A stretch of 64,000 nucleotides of DNA from Mobula hypostoma. Its lineage: Eukaryota. Where the stretch lies: contig NC_086108.1 of the NCBI RefSeq assembly GCF_963921235.1, positions 15,996,001 to 16,060,000 on the forward strand, in the 5' to 3' direction. The translations under genes were made by a program, and so were the position numbers. Below the pieces are notes generated by a model. That model made no database searches. It worked only from the letters and a program-made list of their open reading frames with translations, and was not told the DNA's origin. Positions 50,882 to 63,467 of the stretch are shown one piece after another (within the stretch, counting starts at the first letter, position 1; each line of letters begins with the position of its first letter).

Positions 50882-53800
50882 CATAGAAACATAGAAAACC
50901 TACAGCACAATACAGGCCCTTCGGCCCACAAAGTTGTGCCGAACATGTCCCTACCTTAGAAATTACTAGGCTTACCCATAGCCCTCTATTTTTCTAAGCT
51001 CTATGTACCTATCCAAAAGTCTCTTAAAAGAATCCACCTATCGTATCCACCTCCACCAGCAGCCCATTCCACGCACTCACCACTCTCTGAGTAAAAAGCA
51101 TAACCCTAACATCTCCTCTGTACCTACTCCCCAGCACCTTAAACCTGTGTCCTCTTCTGGCAACCATCTCAGCCCTGGGAAAAAGCCTCTGACTATCCAC
51201 ATGATCAATGCCTCTCATCATCTTATACACCTCCATCAGGTCACCTCTCATCCGCCGTCACTCCAAGGAGAAAAGGTCGAGTTCACTCAACCTATTCTCA
51301 TAAGGCATGTTCCCCAACCCAGGCAACATTCTTGTAAATTTCCTCTGCACCCTTTCTATGGCTTCCACATCCTTCCTGTAGTGAGGCGACCAGAACTGAG
51401 CACAGTAGTCCAGGTGGGGTCTGACCAGAGTCCTACATAGCTGTAACATTACCTCTTGGCTCCTAAATTCAATTCCATGATTGATGAAGGCCAATGCACC
51501 ATACACCTTCTTAACCACAGAGTCAACCTGCGCAGCTGCTTTGAGCGTCCTTTGGACTTAGACCCCAAGATCACTCTGATCCTCCACACTGCCAAGAGTC
51601 TTAACCATTAATACTATATTCTGCCATCATATTTGACCTACCAAAATGAACCACTTCACACTTATCTGCCACTTCTCAGCCCAGTTTTGCATCCTATCAA
51701 TGTCCTGCTGTAACCTCTGACAGCCCTCCACAATATCCACAATACCTCCAACCTTTGTGTCATCAGAAAACTTACTAACCCATCCCTCCACTTCCTCATC
51801 CAGGTCATTTATAAAAATCATGAAGACTAAGGGTCCCAGAACAGATCCCTGAGGCACTCCACTGGTGACCGACCTCCACGCAGAATATGACCTGTCTACA
51901 ACCACTCTTTGCCTTCTGTGGGCGAGCCAGTTCTGGATCCACAAAGCAATGTACCCTTGGATCCCATGCCTCCTTACTTTTTCAATAAGCCTTGCATGGG
52001 GTACCTTATCAAATGCCTTGCTGAAATCCATATACACTACATCTACTGCTCTTCCTTTATCAATGTGTTTAGTCACATCCTCAAAAAATTCAATCAGGCT
52101 CGTAAGGCACAACCTTCCCTTGACAAAGCCATGCTGACTATTCCTAATCATATTATACCTCTCCAAATGTTCATAAATCCTGCCTCTCAGGATCTTCTCC
52201 ATCAACTTACCAGCCACTGAGGTAAGACTCACTGGTCTATAATGTCCTAGGCTAGCTCTACTCTCTTTCTTGAATAAAGGAACAACATCCGCAACCCTCC
52301 AATCCTCCGGAACCTCTCCTGTCCCCACTGATGATGCAAAGATCAGCAATCTCCTCCCTCGCCTCCCACAGTAGCCTGGGGTACATCTCATCCGGTCCCG
52401 GCGACTTATCCAACTTGATGCTTTCCAAAAGTTCCAGCACATCCTCTTTCTTAATATCTATATGCTCAAGCTTTTCAGTCTGCTGCAATCACCAAGATCC
52501 TTTTCCATAGTGTATCAGAATTGGAATCAGAATCCTTTATTATTGCCAAGTATGTGGACACATACAGGGAATTTGATGTCGATTTCCCTGAGCTCTCGCT
52601 GTACAGAACCAAAAAGCAAACAAAACGATAGTGCAAATAACCGTGAACTATATACAATGAGGTATACCTGTGTATGTACAGGTGGACTTGGTTTATAATA
52701 GACTAAAATTCAAGTGTTCATAAGACTGATGGCATACGGAAAGAAACTGTTCTTGTTCTGGCACTGTCACTGTTCTGGCATACAGTGATCTAAAGCGCCT
52801 ACCAGAAGGAAGGAGTTGAAACAGGTGATGTCCAGGGTGTGATGGGTCTACAATGATGCTGCTTGCTCACTTCCTGACTCTAAATGCATATAAGTCCTGG
52901 ATCGAGGGCAGCTTCACACCAATAATCCTTTCCGCAGCCCTGACAGTTCTTTGGAGTCCATTCTTGTCTTGTTTGGTAGCTGATCCAAACCAGACAGTGA
53001 TGGACGAACCGAGAACAGAATGGATTATTCCTGAATAGAATTGATTCAGCAGCTCCTGAGGCAGGTTGTACTTCCTGAGTTGACGTAGGAAATACAACCT
53101 CTGCTGAGCCTTTTTGATAAGTGTGTCCATGTTGGGTGTCCACTTCAGGTCCTGGGAGATTGTGACACCCAGAAACCTGAAGGTCTCCACAGCAAGCACA
53201 ATACTGTTGAGTATAGTGAATACTGAAGTAAAGTATTCATTAAGTACCTCTGCTATTTCCTCTGGTTCCATACGTACTTTCCCACTGTCACACTTGATAG
53301 GTTCTATTCTTTCGTGTCTTATCCTCTTGCTCTTCACATACTTGTAAAATGCCTTAGGGTTTTCCTTAATCCTACCCGCCAAGGCCTTCTCATGGTCCCT
53401 TCTGGCTCTCCTAATTTCCTTCTTAGTCTCCTTCCTAATTAGCCTTATAATCTTCCAGATATCTAACATTACCCAGCTCCCTGAACCTTTTGTAAGCTTT
53501 TCTTTTCTTCTTGACTAGATTTATTACAGCTTTTGTACACCACAGTTCCTGTACCCTACCATAACTTCTGTCTCATTGGAATGAACCTATGCAGAACTCC
53601 ACACAAATATCCCCTGAACATTTGCCACATTTCTTCCGTACTTTTCCATGTTTCCAATCTGTTTCCAATTTAAGCTTCCAATTTCCTGCCTGATAGCCTC
53701 ATAATTCCCCTTACTCCAATTAAACACTTTTCTAACTTGACTGTTCCTATCTCTCTCCAATGCTATTGTAAAGGAGATGGAATTATGATCACTATCTCCA

Positions 53801-54640
53801 AAATGCTCTCCCACTAAGAGATCTGACACCTGATCAGTTTCATTTCCCAATACCAGATCAAGTACAGCCTCTCCGCTTGTAGGCTTATCTACATACTGTG
53901 TCAAGAAACCTTCCTGAACACACCTAACAAACTCCACCCCATCTAAACTCCTTGCTCTAGGGAGATGCCAATCGATATTTGGGAAACTAAAATCTCTCAT
54001 CACGACAACTTTGTTATTATTACACCTTTTCAGGATCTGTTTCCCTGTCTGCTCCTTGATAGCCCTGTTACTATCGGGTGGCCTATAAAAAACACCCAGT
54101 ACAGTTATTGACCCCTTCTTGTTCCTAACCTCCACCCACAGAGACTCCGTAGACAATCCCTCCATGGTGTCCACCTTTTCTGCAGCCGTGACACTATCTC
54201 TAATCAACAGTGCCACACCCCCACCTCTTTTGCCTCCCTCCCTGTCCTTTCTGAAACATCTAAAACCTGGCACTTGAAATAACAATTCCCGTCCCTGAGC
54301 CATCCAAGTCTCTGTAATGGCCACCACATCATATCTCCAAGTACTGATCCACGCTCTAAGCTCATCCGCTTTGTTCACAACATTCCTTGCGTTAAAATAA
54401 TCACATCTCAAACCTTCGGTCTGAGCGTGTCCCTTCTCTATCCTCCTTCTCGCACTGTCTACAAGCTTTCTCTATTTGTGAGCCAACCTCCTCTTCCCCA
54501 GTCTCTTCAGTTCAGTTCCCACCCCCCAACAATTCTAGTTTAAACTCTCCTCAGTAGTCTTAGCAACCCTCCCCGCCAGGATATTGGACCCCCTGTGATT
54601 CAAGTGCAACCCGTCCTTTTTGTACAGGTCACACTTCCCC
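50882..54640 (-). mobile_element. Long CR1 LINE (ORF1 end, APE endonuclease, RT), itself interrupted by a Rex1 fragment
   Basis: APE ORF 53587..54411 (FNARNV, ITETW, GGGVALLI, SDHN), RT ORF 51627..52442, and ORF1 esterase-like DLYKKDGLHLN near 54600-54632. Confidence 0.93.
52512..53212 (-). mobile_element. Rex1/Babar 3' fragment nested in CR1
   Basis: KKAQQRLYFLRQLRKYNLP motif. ATAGTG is duplicated at 52506-52511 and 53213-53218. An inverted near-identical copy lies at about 62438-62938. Confidence 0.9.
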
Positions 54641-55667
54641 AGCCCTTTACCTTTCTCTGGCTTCACCTATCACCTTCCAACCAGCCTCCTTCCCCTCCCC
54701 TAACTTTTTATTTTGGCATCTACCCCCTTCCTTGCCAGTCCTGAAGAAGGGCCTGGGTGTGAAACGTGAACTGTTTACATGTTTCCTTGGATGCTGCCTG
54801 AACAATTGAGTTCCTCCAACATTTTGTGTGTGTTGCTTTGGATTTCCAGCATCTGCAGACTTCCTCGTGTTTATGATGTGGTGGTGGGTGGACTGTAAAC
54901 TTGCTAGTGATCTTTAGCAGGATTTAATCCTACAAGTAGTGAATGTAGAGAGAGGTTAATCGCCAACAAACATGCCTGCAGAAAAAGAATCTCAGGGTTG
55001 TATGTGATCACAAGTATGTACTCTGATAATAAATTCTACATTGACTTTGAATTTCTCCATTATTTGAAGTCATCAGCTCTAAAATTCCTTTCTAAGGTCC
55101 CAGAGCGATATTTCATTTCCAATTTCAAAACAGCAATGTTTTCACCAAAAATATGCAAAAAGTTTAGCTTGAAATTAAACCGATAAGTATAAATCATGTT
55201 TTTTTCTCTTAAATTGATCAGACAAATCTGACAATGTTTCCATGTATTTGGAAAAACTATTATTTTTATCTGCCTTATAAGGTTACAGTGCTTTCTGCAG
55301 TTACCCCATTGTGTTGCAAACCATTTCTTATCTGTTGATTGCTAGGAGCAGACACATCCCCACACTCACATTGCAGCTGTCCCTGTTTTGATCTTTTTCC
55401 AGTATTATTTGCAGCTATCTGCATTTTATGGCTTCAGGATTTTACCTCACATGGTAATGAGGTGCCTGGCTTCATGGAGAAGACAGGGCAAGTACAACAG
55501 AATCCCTCCCAAAGCCCGTACTGAGTGGATCAACCATCACAATTTCCAGTACATCAAAGGAATGTCACCAGCAGACACCCTCCCCAATGATGGTCAGCAT
55601 TTTGTGATCAACATACCAATTCTGTCCACTCTTCAATCACCTTCATCATACCTTAGAGACATAAAAT

Positions 55668-56187
55668 GTTTGTCCATCGTGTCCGATGATGACATGAAAC
55701 CTGTGCAGGAGTTTTTAAAGTGGAAAAGCTGTTGTACTGGGGAAGTTCCACTCTCTCAACCTCAGAAGTCCGGTCCAGTGGCATAAACAAATGTCACAAA
55801 CTGGAGTCTTCCCTAGCGGCAGTGGATGAGTCCATGTTTTCTGTGCCTTGTCATGCCCTTTGCTCTCCACGGAGCATTACAGAGCCGCCTTCCTGGTCAT
55901 TGGATCTCACTGTACATCTCATCCACCTGGTCTGCCGGAGCTGACTTCGCATGCTAGGACAGGCATGTCCCTGTCTCCCTGGGGTACGAGGCTGCTGGCG
56001 ATCCTCACCTGATTTAGTCCACCTGCTGAAGCAGTGCATTGGGGTGTGGCTGCTGTCGCATGCAAACAGCTACTTGGAGCCACAGGTGAGAGCTGAGTGT
56101 TCACCGGGGACCAAAGGTAAGTGAGCTGCCCCAGAATTGACATGACAAGACCATTCCCCAGAGGTGCTGCTCCTCGCTGGACACCCC
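55668..56187 (-). mobile_element. Short non-coding retroelement, probably RTE-related, with a structured 5' end
   Basis: GC-richer block with no credible ORF. A partial second copy lies near 29725-29830 (shared GATCTCACTGTACA and GCAGTGGATGA). The RTE assignment is from general resemblance only. Confidence 0.6.
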
Positions 56188-57332
56188 GTATATTCCTATA
56201 TGAATACTTACCATCCCATGTCTGAATGTTGCATGCAGGTGTGAACTGGTTCATTTACATAAGATTTTCAGATGAAATTAGATAATGTGCACCAATCGTT
56301 AGTGAACATCCTCATTTTTGAGTTTATGAAATGTGACGAAAGTACACATAGACTAAGATGTTGACTGTCCTGTCATATCACCAGTGGGATCAACAGTTGA
56401 TCTGCCACCTGTCTTCAGGAGAGAGATAAGTAAGACAATGGAGCAGCATTTGGAAATGTTAATGAAGAGACGAGAGAGATTAACAGAAGGAGACACCGGT
56501 CTGGGTATTGTCAAGACTGGTTTGCTTTGAACCTGAACTGTTTGAAGTGATGGACAGGCGATACCCCAACAGGGGGATAAAAAGGGACGGGTTCGCTAAG
56601 GCAAGAGACACCACACGAGACACCACTCACGACACCACCAGGTATCGAGACCCTGGAAGCAGTGCGCCCCCACAAGTCGGTGGGAGTTTTTGAGCGCTGG
56701 TCACGGGACCAGCCATAGACACACAGGGTGGAAAGATTCGGTCGGCGGGAACCTGGTGTGTGTGTCCACCCTTGCCTGGGTGCCGGGTTCACCGCAGAGG
56801 AACGATCGTATCTGAAAACGGAGGGGTCACAGTCGGTGACCTCAGAAGACATTACAAAGGGCTCGCCCGAAAGCTAACTGCGAGAAATATCAAAGGTCTG
56901 TTGAATCCGATTTTGAATATCAGCATTCGCTCTCTCTCTCTCTCTCTCTTCAACGGCACAACAACGATTGCTGCCAACTGAACTAAACTGAACTCTGTCA
57001 CTTGTGATTGAACATTTTACTCCTAGACTGCGATAGAGCTTGATTGATCCTATTATCCTAGTTCTGTGTACATGTGTGTTTATTCAGTGCTAACCTGTTG
57101 CATTTATATCCTTACTATTAGAGTACTGTGTTGCTTATTTCTTTAATAAAACTTCCTTAGTTCCAGTAATCCAGACTCCAACTGAGTGGTCCATTTCTGC
57201 TGGTTTGGCAACCCAGCTACGGGGTACGTAACATAAGTGGGGTTCTCGTCCGCGATTTTGAACGCTAAATTTGGGATGGGGTAAATTGATTGGGTTAAAA
57301 TTCCCGAAAGAAAGAAAAGGCAAACAGCAGAA

Positions 57333-59570
57333 ATGGAGATTGAGGAATTTCTAAAGGCGCCGACCTTGGAGGCATTAGAGGATGCCAGGAAAGCGGAATT
57401 GGCAGCTGTGGCCAAACGGTTGAATCTTGTTAAGGGGAGGTCGACAATGAAAAGAGAGGAGATGCACAGAGCCATCATACAGCACTATGTATCTACAGGT
57501 GTGTTTCCCCAAGGGGAGCTGGAGGTAATATCTATTGGAAAACCTAGTGGAGACGCAGTACAGGTGCAGCTTGAAAAACAGACTCGAGCACGAGTTCCGG
57601 GTACGGCAGCTAGAACACAGTTAGAATGGCAGGAGAGAGAGAAAGAGAGGCAGTTGGAGCGAGAGGAGAAACAGAGGGAAAGGGAATTCGAGCTGGAAAG
57701 GTTAAAGATAAGGGCAGAACAGGGACCCATGCTGAACCAAGGTGGAGGGTTCAGGGTGACCCAGGAGGTTAGGCTGGTTCCCCCATCTGACGATACCGAT
57801 GTGGATCGGTACTTTCTCCATTTCGAAGAAGTTGCTGCAAGTCAGGACTGGCCGAGGGATAAGTGGGCTGTTTTGCTTCAGAGTGTACTTAAAGGAAAAG
57901 CCCAACAAGCTTACTCAGCTTTGTCCGCGGAAGATGCCCAGAGGTATGAGGTGGTGAAAGAGGCCATCCTCAGGATTTATGAGTTGGTCCCGGAGGCATA
58001 CCGGCAGAGGTTCCGGAATGCGAGGAAGCAGTGGGACTGCACGTATTTAGAGTTTGCCCGTGAGATGCAGACATATTGTGAGCGTTGGTGCGCCTCGAAG
58101 GGGGTAAATGGGGATTATGACAGACTGCTACAGCTGATCCTGATTGAGCAGTTTAAAGGTTGTGTCCCTAATGGTATGAGACCCTACCTAGATGAGAAAG
58201 AGGCAGCCACGTTAGCCGCAACTGCTAAGTTAGCGGATGAGTACGCGTTGACGCATAAAGTGAAGTTTGCCCCGAGTAAAGGCTACCAGAAGGGTAGTCA
58301 GGACGGCGGGGAGAGTCCGCCAGAAAAGTCAGTAAGTAAGCCGGGGACTAGTGAAAAGGATAAGGTAGACCAGGAGCAGTCTGGTAGGAAGTCTCCTGGG
58401 GTCGTCTGTTATAATTGTGGGAAAGTCGGACACTTTGCGTCCAAGTGCTTTGCCCCAAAGAAGGAGACGGGGAAAGGAAAAACGGCGATTTCGACTGGCT
58501 GTATCGAGCAGGTAAACGAACCGCTAGGAGAGGAAAGGTCTGCCAAAGTTCAGGAAGGGCGCGAGAGGTTTATCTCGGCCGGATTGGTGTCGGTGAAGGA
58601 GGGGTTAAACCCAGTTCCAGTGCGGATCTGGAGAGATACGGGAGCGTGTCAGTCATTGATATTGAAGAGTGTGTTAGAGTTTAGTTCAGAGACCCAGACT
58701 GGGGAGGTCAGGGTCAAGGGTATTGGGAAAGGGACAAAAGCAGTCCCTTTGCACCAGATACACCTACAAAGCAACTTGGTCTCTGGACTAGTCACGATCG
58801 GGGTGAGGCCCGAATTACCGATGAAAGGCGTGGAAGTCTTGCTCGGTAATGACCTCGCCGGGGGAATTGTGTTCTCGGCAGTGAGGTTGACAGGTCAGCC
58901 TGCCAGCATTGAGGCCCCGCCCATGGACTCACAGGTTCATCCTGTTTGCGCAGTGACTCGCTGTATGTCCAGAGAGACTGCTGAGACGTTTCTACCAGCC
59001 TTGTACAAGGAGGGGGTAGAAAGTGAAAAGAAGGAGCGTAATGAAACAGGAGGAAGTGGGGAAATTAAGGTAGATTTATCAGTAAAGAAGGACTTTATAC
59101 AGGTACAGGAGCAAGATGAGGAAACAGCTCTCTCTGAAGCAGGATTAAAAAGAGAGCCAGTAGGCTATTGTGTGGAGGAGGGTGTGCTAAGGAAGAAAGG
59201 GAGACCAAATACCGCAGATGAGGAATGGAGGGTGGTGCAAAAGAGTTATGGGGATGAGATTTTTAACCTGGCCCACAAAGTACCCCTTGGTGGACATTTT
59301 GAGGTGCTGAAGGAAACAATCGGCGAAGCCATGAGAGAGTTTTTCTGGCTGCACAGGAGGAAGGATGTTATTGATTATTGCAGACGCGAACTGAGACGGT
59401 CACAGGCTTTTGATATGCTAACAAACCTAGGCGGTGTCAGCGCGGAAATCAATGAAACTAGGGTGCCACCTGATAAGGGGAAAAACCATTTTGAAAAGAT
59501 GAGTATGGTACCGACCAGATGGGAGAAGGCTATTGTTTTGGCCAACTCTGCTGATAAGGTCTCTCCCTGA
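57333..59570 (+). CDS. Gag (SCAN-like capsid, CCHC knuckle), aspartic protease and integrase N-terminal remnant of the Gypsy element
   Basis: 745-aa ORF with YELVPEAYRQRFR...LILIEQF (SCAN-like), CYNCGKVGHFASKC, RDTGACQS protease site and AHKVPLGGHF...IDYCRR HHCC remnant. Confidence 0.88.
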   Translation: MEIEEFLKAPTLEALEDARKAELAAVAKRLNLVKGRSTMKREEMHRAIIQHYVSTGVFPQGELEVISIGKPSGDAVQVQLEKQTRARVPGTAARTQLEWQEREKERQLEREEKQREREFELERLKIRAEQGPMLNQGGGFRVTQEVRLVPPSDDTDVDRYFLHFEEVAASQDWPRDKWAVLLQSVLKGKAQQAYSALSAEDAQRYEVVKEAILRIYELVPEAYRQRFRNARKQWDCTYLEFAREMQTYCERWCASKGVNGDYDRLLQLILIEQFKGCVPNGMRPYLDEKEAATLAATAKLADEYALTHKVKFAPSKGYQKGSQDGGESPPEKSVSKPGTSEKDKVDQEQSGRKSPGVVCYNCGKVGHFASKCFAPKKETGKGKTAISTGCIEQVNEPLGEERSAKVQEGRERFISAGLVSVKEGLNPVPVRIWRDTGACQSLILKSVLEFSSETQTGEVRVKGIGKGTKAVPLHQIHLQSNLVSGLVTIGVRPELPMKGVEVLLGNDLAGGIVFSAVRLTGQPASIEAPPMDSQVHPVCAVTRCMSRETAETFLPALYKEGVESEKKERNETGGSGEIKVDLSVKKDFIQVQEQDEETALSEAGLKREPVGYCVEEGVLRKKGRPNTADEEWRVVQKSYGDEIFNLAHKVPLGGHFEVLKETIGEAMREFFWLHRRKDVIDYCRRELRRSQAFDMLTNLGGVSAEINETRVPPDKGKNHFEKMSMVPTRWEKAIVLANSADKVSP

Positions 59571-59714
59571 ATCCCTGAACAAAGCGACCCTTTAGGAGAG
59601 TTAATTAAACAGCTCGCACACGTGTGTTTGATTGTCCCGAGGCGATGCAAAAAACTGGGACGTTGGGTGGTGTTTGTTACGCTAGGTTAGCCTAGTGAGC
59701 AACACCCCTATAGA

Positions 59715-60232
59715 ATGAGTAATTCAGTGACGAAAGGGCTAAAGAACACAAAAGTGTATATTGGCGATGTAATATGGCTGTCTGAAGCCAGCTTGATAGT
59801 GAACCTTGAAAAAAATGAGTTCGGCCACGCGAAGGTCACTTATCTGGGAATTGTGGTAACACAGGGGCAGCTGGCAGCGATGCAAGCTAAGGTGCGGGCT
59901 ATCTCTGACATCCCAACCCCAACAGACAAGAGGGCCCTCAGAAGGCTCTTGGAGATGGTGGGGTACTGTAGGAAGTTTTGCAATAACTTTGCGGGTACTA
60001 CCCCTCCCCCTCCTACTAAGCCCTTGCGAAAGAAAACTAAGTCGGGATGGGACGACCCTTGTTATCGTGGTCCAGGACGAAACCCAATGAGAGGTTACAC
60101 TGATCACCATTCATCAGTGTTTTCGGCCACTATGAAGTTTGCTAAGATGGAGCCTGGTTTAAAGGATTATTAAAATTACACATATAAAAGGAACGGAAAA
60201 TGTGATTGCTGACAACCTGTCAAGGTGTTGAC
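59715..60232 (+). pseudogene. Deleted RT/RNase H remnant of the Gypsy element
   Basis: VYIGDV in place of YxDD, VNLEKNEFGHAKVTYLG and LRRLLEMVGYCRKF. RNase H C-terminal HIKGTENVIADNLSR from 60181 in another frame. Confidence 0.85.
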
Positions 60233-61309
60233 AACTTAAAATTCTCTGTATTAGCCAAATAGCTGATGAAGATGTATATTTGTGTGTATCTAATAATGTA
60301 TTCATGCTTATAATTTTTACCCCGGTAAAAATCCTTAAAGGAGAGGGGTGTGACGAAAGTACACATAGACTAAGATGTTGACTGTCCTGTGCTATCACCA
60401 GTGGGATCAACAGTTGATCTGCCACCTGTCTTCAAGAGAGAGATAAGTAAGACAATGGAGCAGCATTTGGAAATGTTAATGAAGAGACGAGAGAGATTAA
60501 CAGAAGGAGACACTGGTCTGGGTATTGTCAAGACTGGTTTGCTTTGAACCTGAACTGTTTGAAGTGATGGACAGGCGATACCCCAACAGGGGGATAAAAA
60601 GGGACGGGTTCGCTAAGGCAAGAGACACCACATGAGACACCACTCACGACACCACCAGGTATCGAGACCCTGGAAGCGGTGCGCCCCCACAAGTCGGTGG
60701 GAGTTTTTGAGCGCCGGTCACGGGACCAGCCATAGACACACAGGGTGGAAAGATTCGGTCGGCGAGAACCTGGTGTGTATGTCCACCCTTGCCTGGGTGC
60801 CGGGTTCACCACAGAGGAACAATCATATCTGAAAACGGAGGGGTCACAGTCGGTGACCTCAGAAGACATTACAAAGGGCTCGCCCGAAAGCTAACTGCAA
60901 GAAATATCAACGGTCTGTGATTTTCAATATCAGCATTCTCATTCATATTCATTCTCTCTCTCTCTCTCTCTTGCTGCGAACTGAACTCTGTCACTTGTGA
61001 TTGAACATTTTACCCCTAGACTGTGATAGAGCTTGATTGATCCTATTATCCTAGTTCTGTGTACATGTGTGTTTATTCAGTGCTAACCTGTTGCATTTAT
61101 ATCCTTACAATTAGAGTACTGTGTTGCTTATTTCTTTAATAAAACTTTCTTAGTTCCAGTAATTCAAACTCCAACTGAGTGATCCATTTCTGCTGGTTTG
61201 GCAACCCAGTTACGGGGTACGTAACAGAAAGCAAACTGTAAATAGGTTTATTATTGTCACAAGTCCAAAGTATAGTAGAATGAACTTGTCTTTCATGATC
61301 AAGATTATT

Positions 61310-61690
61310 ATAACCATGGATGGTAATGGGGATAAGCTCCCATTACTCATTAAATGCTCCCAATGGTGTGCATGTCAAATAGCCTCTGACAACCAAGTCC
61401 AGCCATGAGCCTTCATATATGGCTTAGCTACTAACTCCAGCGGAAAAGTTCCTACTGGCAAGAGAAGGGGCAAAGGCAAGATACAGGCACCTTAAAACCA
61501 GTCACTTTGGGCAGATGGGGCTCGTCAGCCATGGTTGGCAACTCATCTAGAAGGAAAACTCTGATCTTAAGCCGCCGCTGTCTTGTGGCTATACTCACTC
61601 ATGGGGAAGGCTTCGGGAGTAAATCCTGAGGAAAAGTCCACAGCTGGAGTCCCTAAGGCAGTCCTACATTGAATTCAATGCTGATTGGTA
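61310..61690 (+). mobile_element. RTE-related short repeat
   Basis: Shares GAAGGCTTCGGGAGTAAA...TGGAGTCCCTAAGG with the minus-strand segment near 16140-16195. Confidence 0.55.
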
Positions 61691-62437
61691 ACCTATATCA
61701 ATCTCTGCCATTCCTTTGGATTCATAAAATGCATGGAGAGGGAGAACTTGCTACATGGGCAACAATTGCTCTCCATATCGTACTGCCCTGGCTTGCCTAT
61801 CACATCGACAGCTGGGACACAACATCCATGGTCAACCAAATCATTTCATCACTTCAGCAGACTGTAGAAAATGGGTAAAGCAGTAAGAGAATGGAGAATA
61901 TAGTGCAGTACAAGCAGACAATAAGTTGTAAGGCCATAACAAGGTTGATTGTGAGGTCAAGCATCCTACTTATTGTACAAAAAAGTGTGTTCAATAGTTT
62001 TATTATGCAGGATAAAAAATGTCTAGTCTGATACAGGTAGTACTTTTTCTCAAGTTTTTGAATCTCCTCCCCAATGGAAGGGGGAGAAGAGAGTATATCT
62101 GGGGCAGTAGAGTTCTTTGATCATGCTGGCTGCTTTACCGAGGCAGTGAGAAATGTAGACAGAGTCCACGGAGGGGAGTATGGTTTTTGTGATGTGCTAC
62201 GCTGTATCAGAATTCTCTGCAGTTTGATAACGTTTGCTATCTTAAATAGGATGATAGATAAGTATCACACTGTTTCACAACACATTCCCCTCTTTGGCAG
62301 AGCAGTTACCATACCAAGCACGAAGGATTCTTTCTACAATGCATCAATAAAAGTTGGTGAGGTTCAGCAGGGGCATTAGTGAGGTTTCAGACTGTAGCTT
62401 TGTACATTTCTGCTACTGTTCCCACTGCGTTCCCTAA

Positions 62438-62938
62438 GTCTGTTCTCTGTTCGTCCATCACTGTCTGGTTTGGATCAGCTACCAAACAAGACAAGAATAG
62501 ACTCCAAAGAACCGTCAGGGCTACGGAAAGGATTATTGGTGTGAAGCTGCCCTCGATCCAGGACCTATATGCATCTAGAGTCAGGAAGCGAGCAAGCAGC
62601 ATCATTGTAGACCCATCACAGCCTAGACATTACCTGTTCCAACTCCTTCCTTCTGGTAGGCGCTTTAGATCACTGTATGTCAGGACAAAATAGGTACAAG
62701 AACAGTTTCTTTCCGTATGCCATCAGTCTTACGAACACTTGAATTTTAGTCTATTATAAACCAAATCCACCTGTACATACACAGGTATACCTCATTGTAT
62801 ATAGTTCACGATTATTTGCACCATTGTTTTGTTTGTTTTTTTTTATTCTGTACAGCGAAAGCTCAGGGAAACCGGCATCAAATTCCCTGTATGTGTCCAC
62901 ATACTTGGCAATAATAAAGGATTCTGATTCTGATTCTG
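62438..62938 (+). mobile_element. Rex1/Babar 3' fragment
   Basis: SSITVWFGSATKQDKNRLQRTVR and LLPSGRR motifs, AATAAA and a (GATTCT)n tail. Confidence 0.9.
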
Positions 62939-63467
62939 AAGACATGGTCATCATCACCAATGCTATCATGAATAGATGCATCTGCTACAGGTGGATTGGT
63001 AAGAATGAGATCTGGTATGTTTACATTTCATATTGGAGATCCACGAAGATAACTATGAGCTTCAGAGGACACTGACTCGTCAGCAGCAGAGAGCAGGTGA
63101 TAGGTGGTGATCACTTTTCAGTGCATGTGTTCTCAATCTGCAGGGGTTACTCTCAGTTACTGTTGCATGCCCTTTAGTTATTAATGCCACTCCTATTTTG
63201 GCCGTCTCCACTACCATAGTGAGGCCCTTCTGTCTTGGCACCATGCACACTTCTGGGATGAACACTAAGTTTTCCAGCTTCAAGCGAATTTCTCTCTTGT
63301 CATTTCCCATGTGATGTGATCTGTGTGGATGGCATGCAACACAAAGATTTTCACGGTACCTTGGTACACATGACAATAGTAAGTCATCATTGTGCTCATG
63401 TCCCTTTCTCATTTCGTTTCTATAAAATGCCTTGCTAATGGTCAGTCCTCAAATTCTTTATTATGTG

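Larger units (their letters stand above)
49955..54875 (+). mobile_element. Penelope-like element split by a CR1 insertion (about 49955-50881 and 54641-54875)
   Basis: RT and GIY-YIG remnants (ATLRLEKQHLIFRLGSLQPKGMNIDFS). The terminal repeat resumes after 54640. Confidence 0.82.
56332..61226 (+). mobile_element. Gmr1-like Ty3/Gypsy LTR retrotransposon, LTR-bounded and internally deleted
   Basis: 5' LTR 56332-57233 and 3' LTR 60349-61226 (TG...CA). GAAA TSD at 56328-56331 and 61227-61230. tRNA-Pro-like PBS TGGGGTTCTCGTCCGCGAT 57238-57256 and PPT AAAGGAGAGGGG 60337-60348. Confidence 0.95.

Noticed and set aside
55339..55786. Overlapping ORFs of 61 and 132 aa in apparently unique sequence
   Set aside because: No recognisable domain. 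The 3' part runs into a repeat, and a minus-strand exon reading has stops in all three frames.
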